Below are positions 62,775 through 64,000 of a stretch of DNA of 64,000 nucleotides, piece after piece. Source of the stretch: Podarcis bocagei. Lineage: Eukaryota. A program made the position numbers and the translations under genes. The notes beneath the pieces were generated by a model, which was not told where the DNA came from, ran no database searches, and saw nothing but the letters and a program-made list of their open reading frames with translations. The stretch lies in the NCBI GenBank assembly GCA_964188305.1, contig OZ076889.1; one strand, given 5' to 3'. Position 1 is the stretch's first letter. Each line of letters starts with the position of its first letter.

Positions 62775-63033
62775 CCATATTATTTGCTCTATAAGACTCA
62801 CTTTTTCCCTCCTAAAAAGTAAGGGGAAATGTGTGTGCGTCTTATGGAGCAAATGCAGGCTGCGCAGCTATCCCAGAAGCCAGAACAGCAAGAGGGATTG
62901 CTGCTTTCACTGCACAGCGATCCCTCTTGCTGTTCTGGCTTCTGGGATTCAGAATATTTTTTTTCTTGTTTTCCTCCTCCAAAAACTAGGTGCGTCTTGT
63001 GGTCTGGTGCATCTTATAGAGCGAAAAATACGG
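62775..63033. mobile_element. Tc1/mariner (pogo-like) MITE with an internal 29-bp hairpin
   Basis: TA|ccatattatttgctctataaga...tcttatagagcgaaaaatacgg|TA. Confidence 0.85.
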
Positions 63034-64000
63034 TACATTTATGCTGGAGAAGACAATGCATGGTGTTTGTGCGTGTAATACCTCATTTTGTCCTTTAGAC
63101 TCTACTTTCCCTTTGCTTATCTTTTAGTTTCGGGAATTCCAGAACTCAAGGTTTAGGAGATGGGGTGGGAACAGAGAGATTAAAAGTCATTCGCAAATCC
63201 CTTATGGTGTTTTGGGGGGGGAAGGAAAGAAGCTGAGAGGCATTGAAATGCGTGTGCACACTCAAAATTGTATGCACATTCCTGTTGGCCTGTTTCCTTC
63301 TCTCTCCAGCGCACTACCATTTTAAGTGGAAGGAAAGAAATGCTTTGCCCTCTTTCTCTTTGGGTCTTCTTACTGGTGTTGGGAGGAGAAGCCCACATTT
63401 CGTTATATTTATTTGCTACAAATATGCCTACCCCGTCTTTTCAACATAAAGAGAATTGCTGGAGGTGGCTTAACAATACGGCAATAACCATGAGAAAGAG
63501 AATTCGTCAGAATGCAAAACTCTAGCACGCCATAAAAAAGGATGCCCCAAAGAAATGAGCTGCTGGGAATACAAAGATAGCACTAACCTTATCTCCAAGT
63601 AGCATAGGAAACACTCCAATAAAATATGCCAGGTGACAGGCCAGTGGGCAAAGAGTTTGGTTATCGCCACCAGTGGAATGCCATCAAAAGAGTTTGGGAA
63701 GGCAAACCTCCCTAGGGAGGAGATACCAAATCCAGGTGTCCAGCCATTAAAAATCTCTTTTTTGGCTCCCCACCAGGGGCACTTCTTACATCAGTGAGTC
63801 ACAGAGAAGAGCCTCACTTGTAGACCTTACTGCCTTGGGACAGGCTTGCTGTGGAGCAATCTGTCCTTCAAATCCAAGACAATACATTTTTTCAAAAGGA
63901 ATAGATCTTTTCATCCTCTTATCTTACATTTTGAATGCTTAGAATATTTACACTGTGGAACTATTACAGTAAGATCATTTTAAAACACACACTGACCTCT

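Larger units (their letters stand above)
21632..64000 (+). other. BMP7: BMP7 intron 1 (continues beyond the window as far as I can see)
   Basis: Canonical GTGAGT donor at 21632. No exon-2-like peptide (VEHDKEF..REFRFDL) recognised downstream, although a short exon could be missed by eye. Confidence 0.7.

Overview
Vertebrate genomic DNA from a squamate reptile. The repeat content (Sauria SINE, Squam3-like SINE, BovB, CR1, Penelope) points to a lizard, probably a lacertid (inference). The only host protein-coding feature I can support is exon 1 of BMP7 (ATG 21181, splice donor 21632) in a CpG island. It is preceded by about 20 kb of upstream DNA and followed by at least 42 kb of presumed intron 1; I could not find exon 2 in the window. 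The rest is a mosaic of retroelements (CR1, RTE, BovB, L1, L2, Penelope, several SINE families, a solo LTR) and hAT and Tc1/mariner MITEs, many with readable TSDs. Best observations: (1) a near-intact 7SK snRNA copy in the intron, with its 5' half hidden in a 169-N gap; (2) an intact minimal hammerhead ribozyme in a Penelope-like element; (3) a nested stack in which an ORF-bearing solo LTR sits inside a hAT element, possibly inside a decayed Harbinger-like element; (4) three short uORFs before the BMP7 ATG; (5) a POU-octamer cluster upstream of the promoter; (6) repeat-free intronic blocks that may be conserved BMP7 enhancers. Most ORFs in the supplied track are spurious. I found no convincingly new biological system; the top findings are known element classes in unusual places or states. 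All family assignments and human comparisons come from motif recognition and memory, not database searches.
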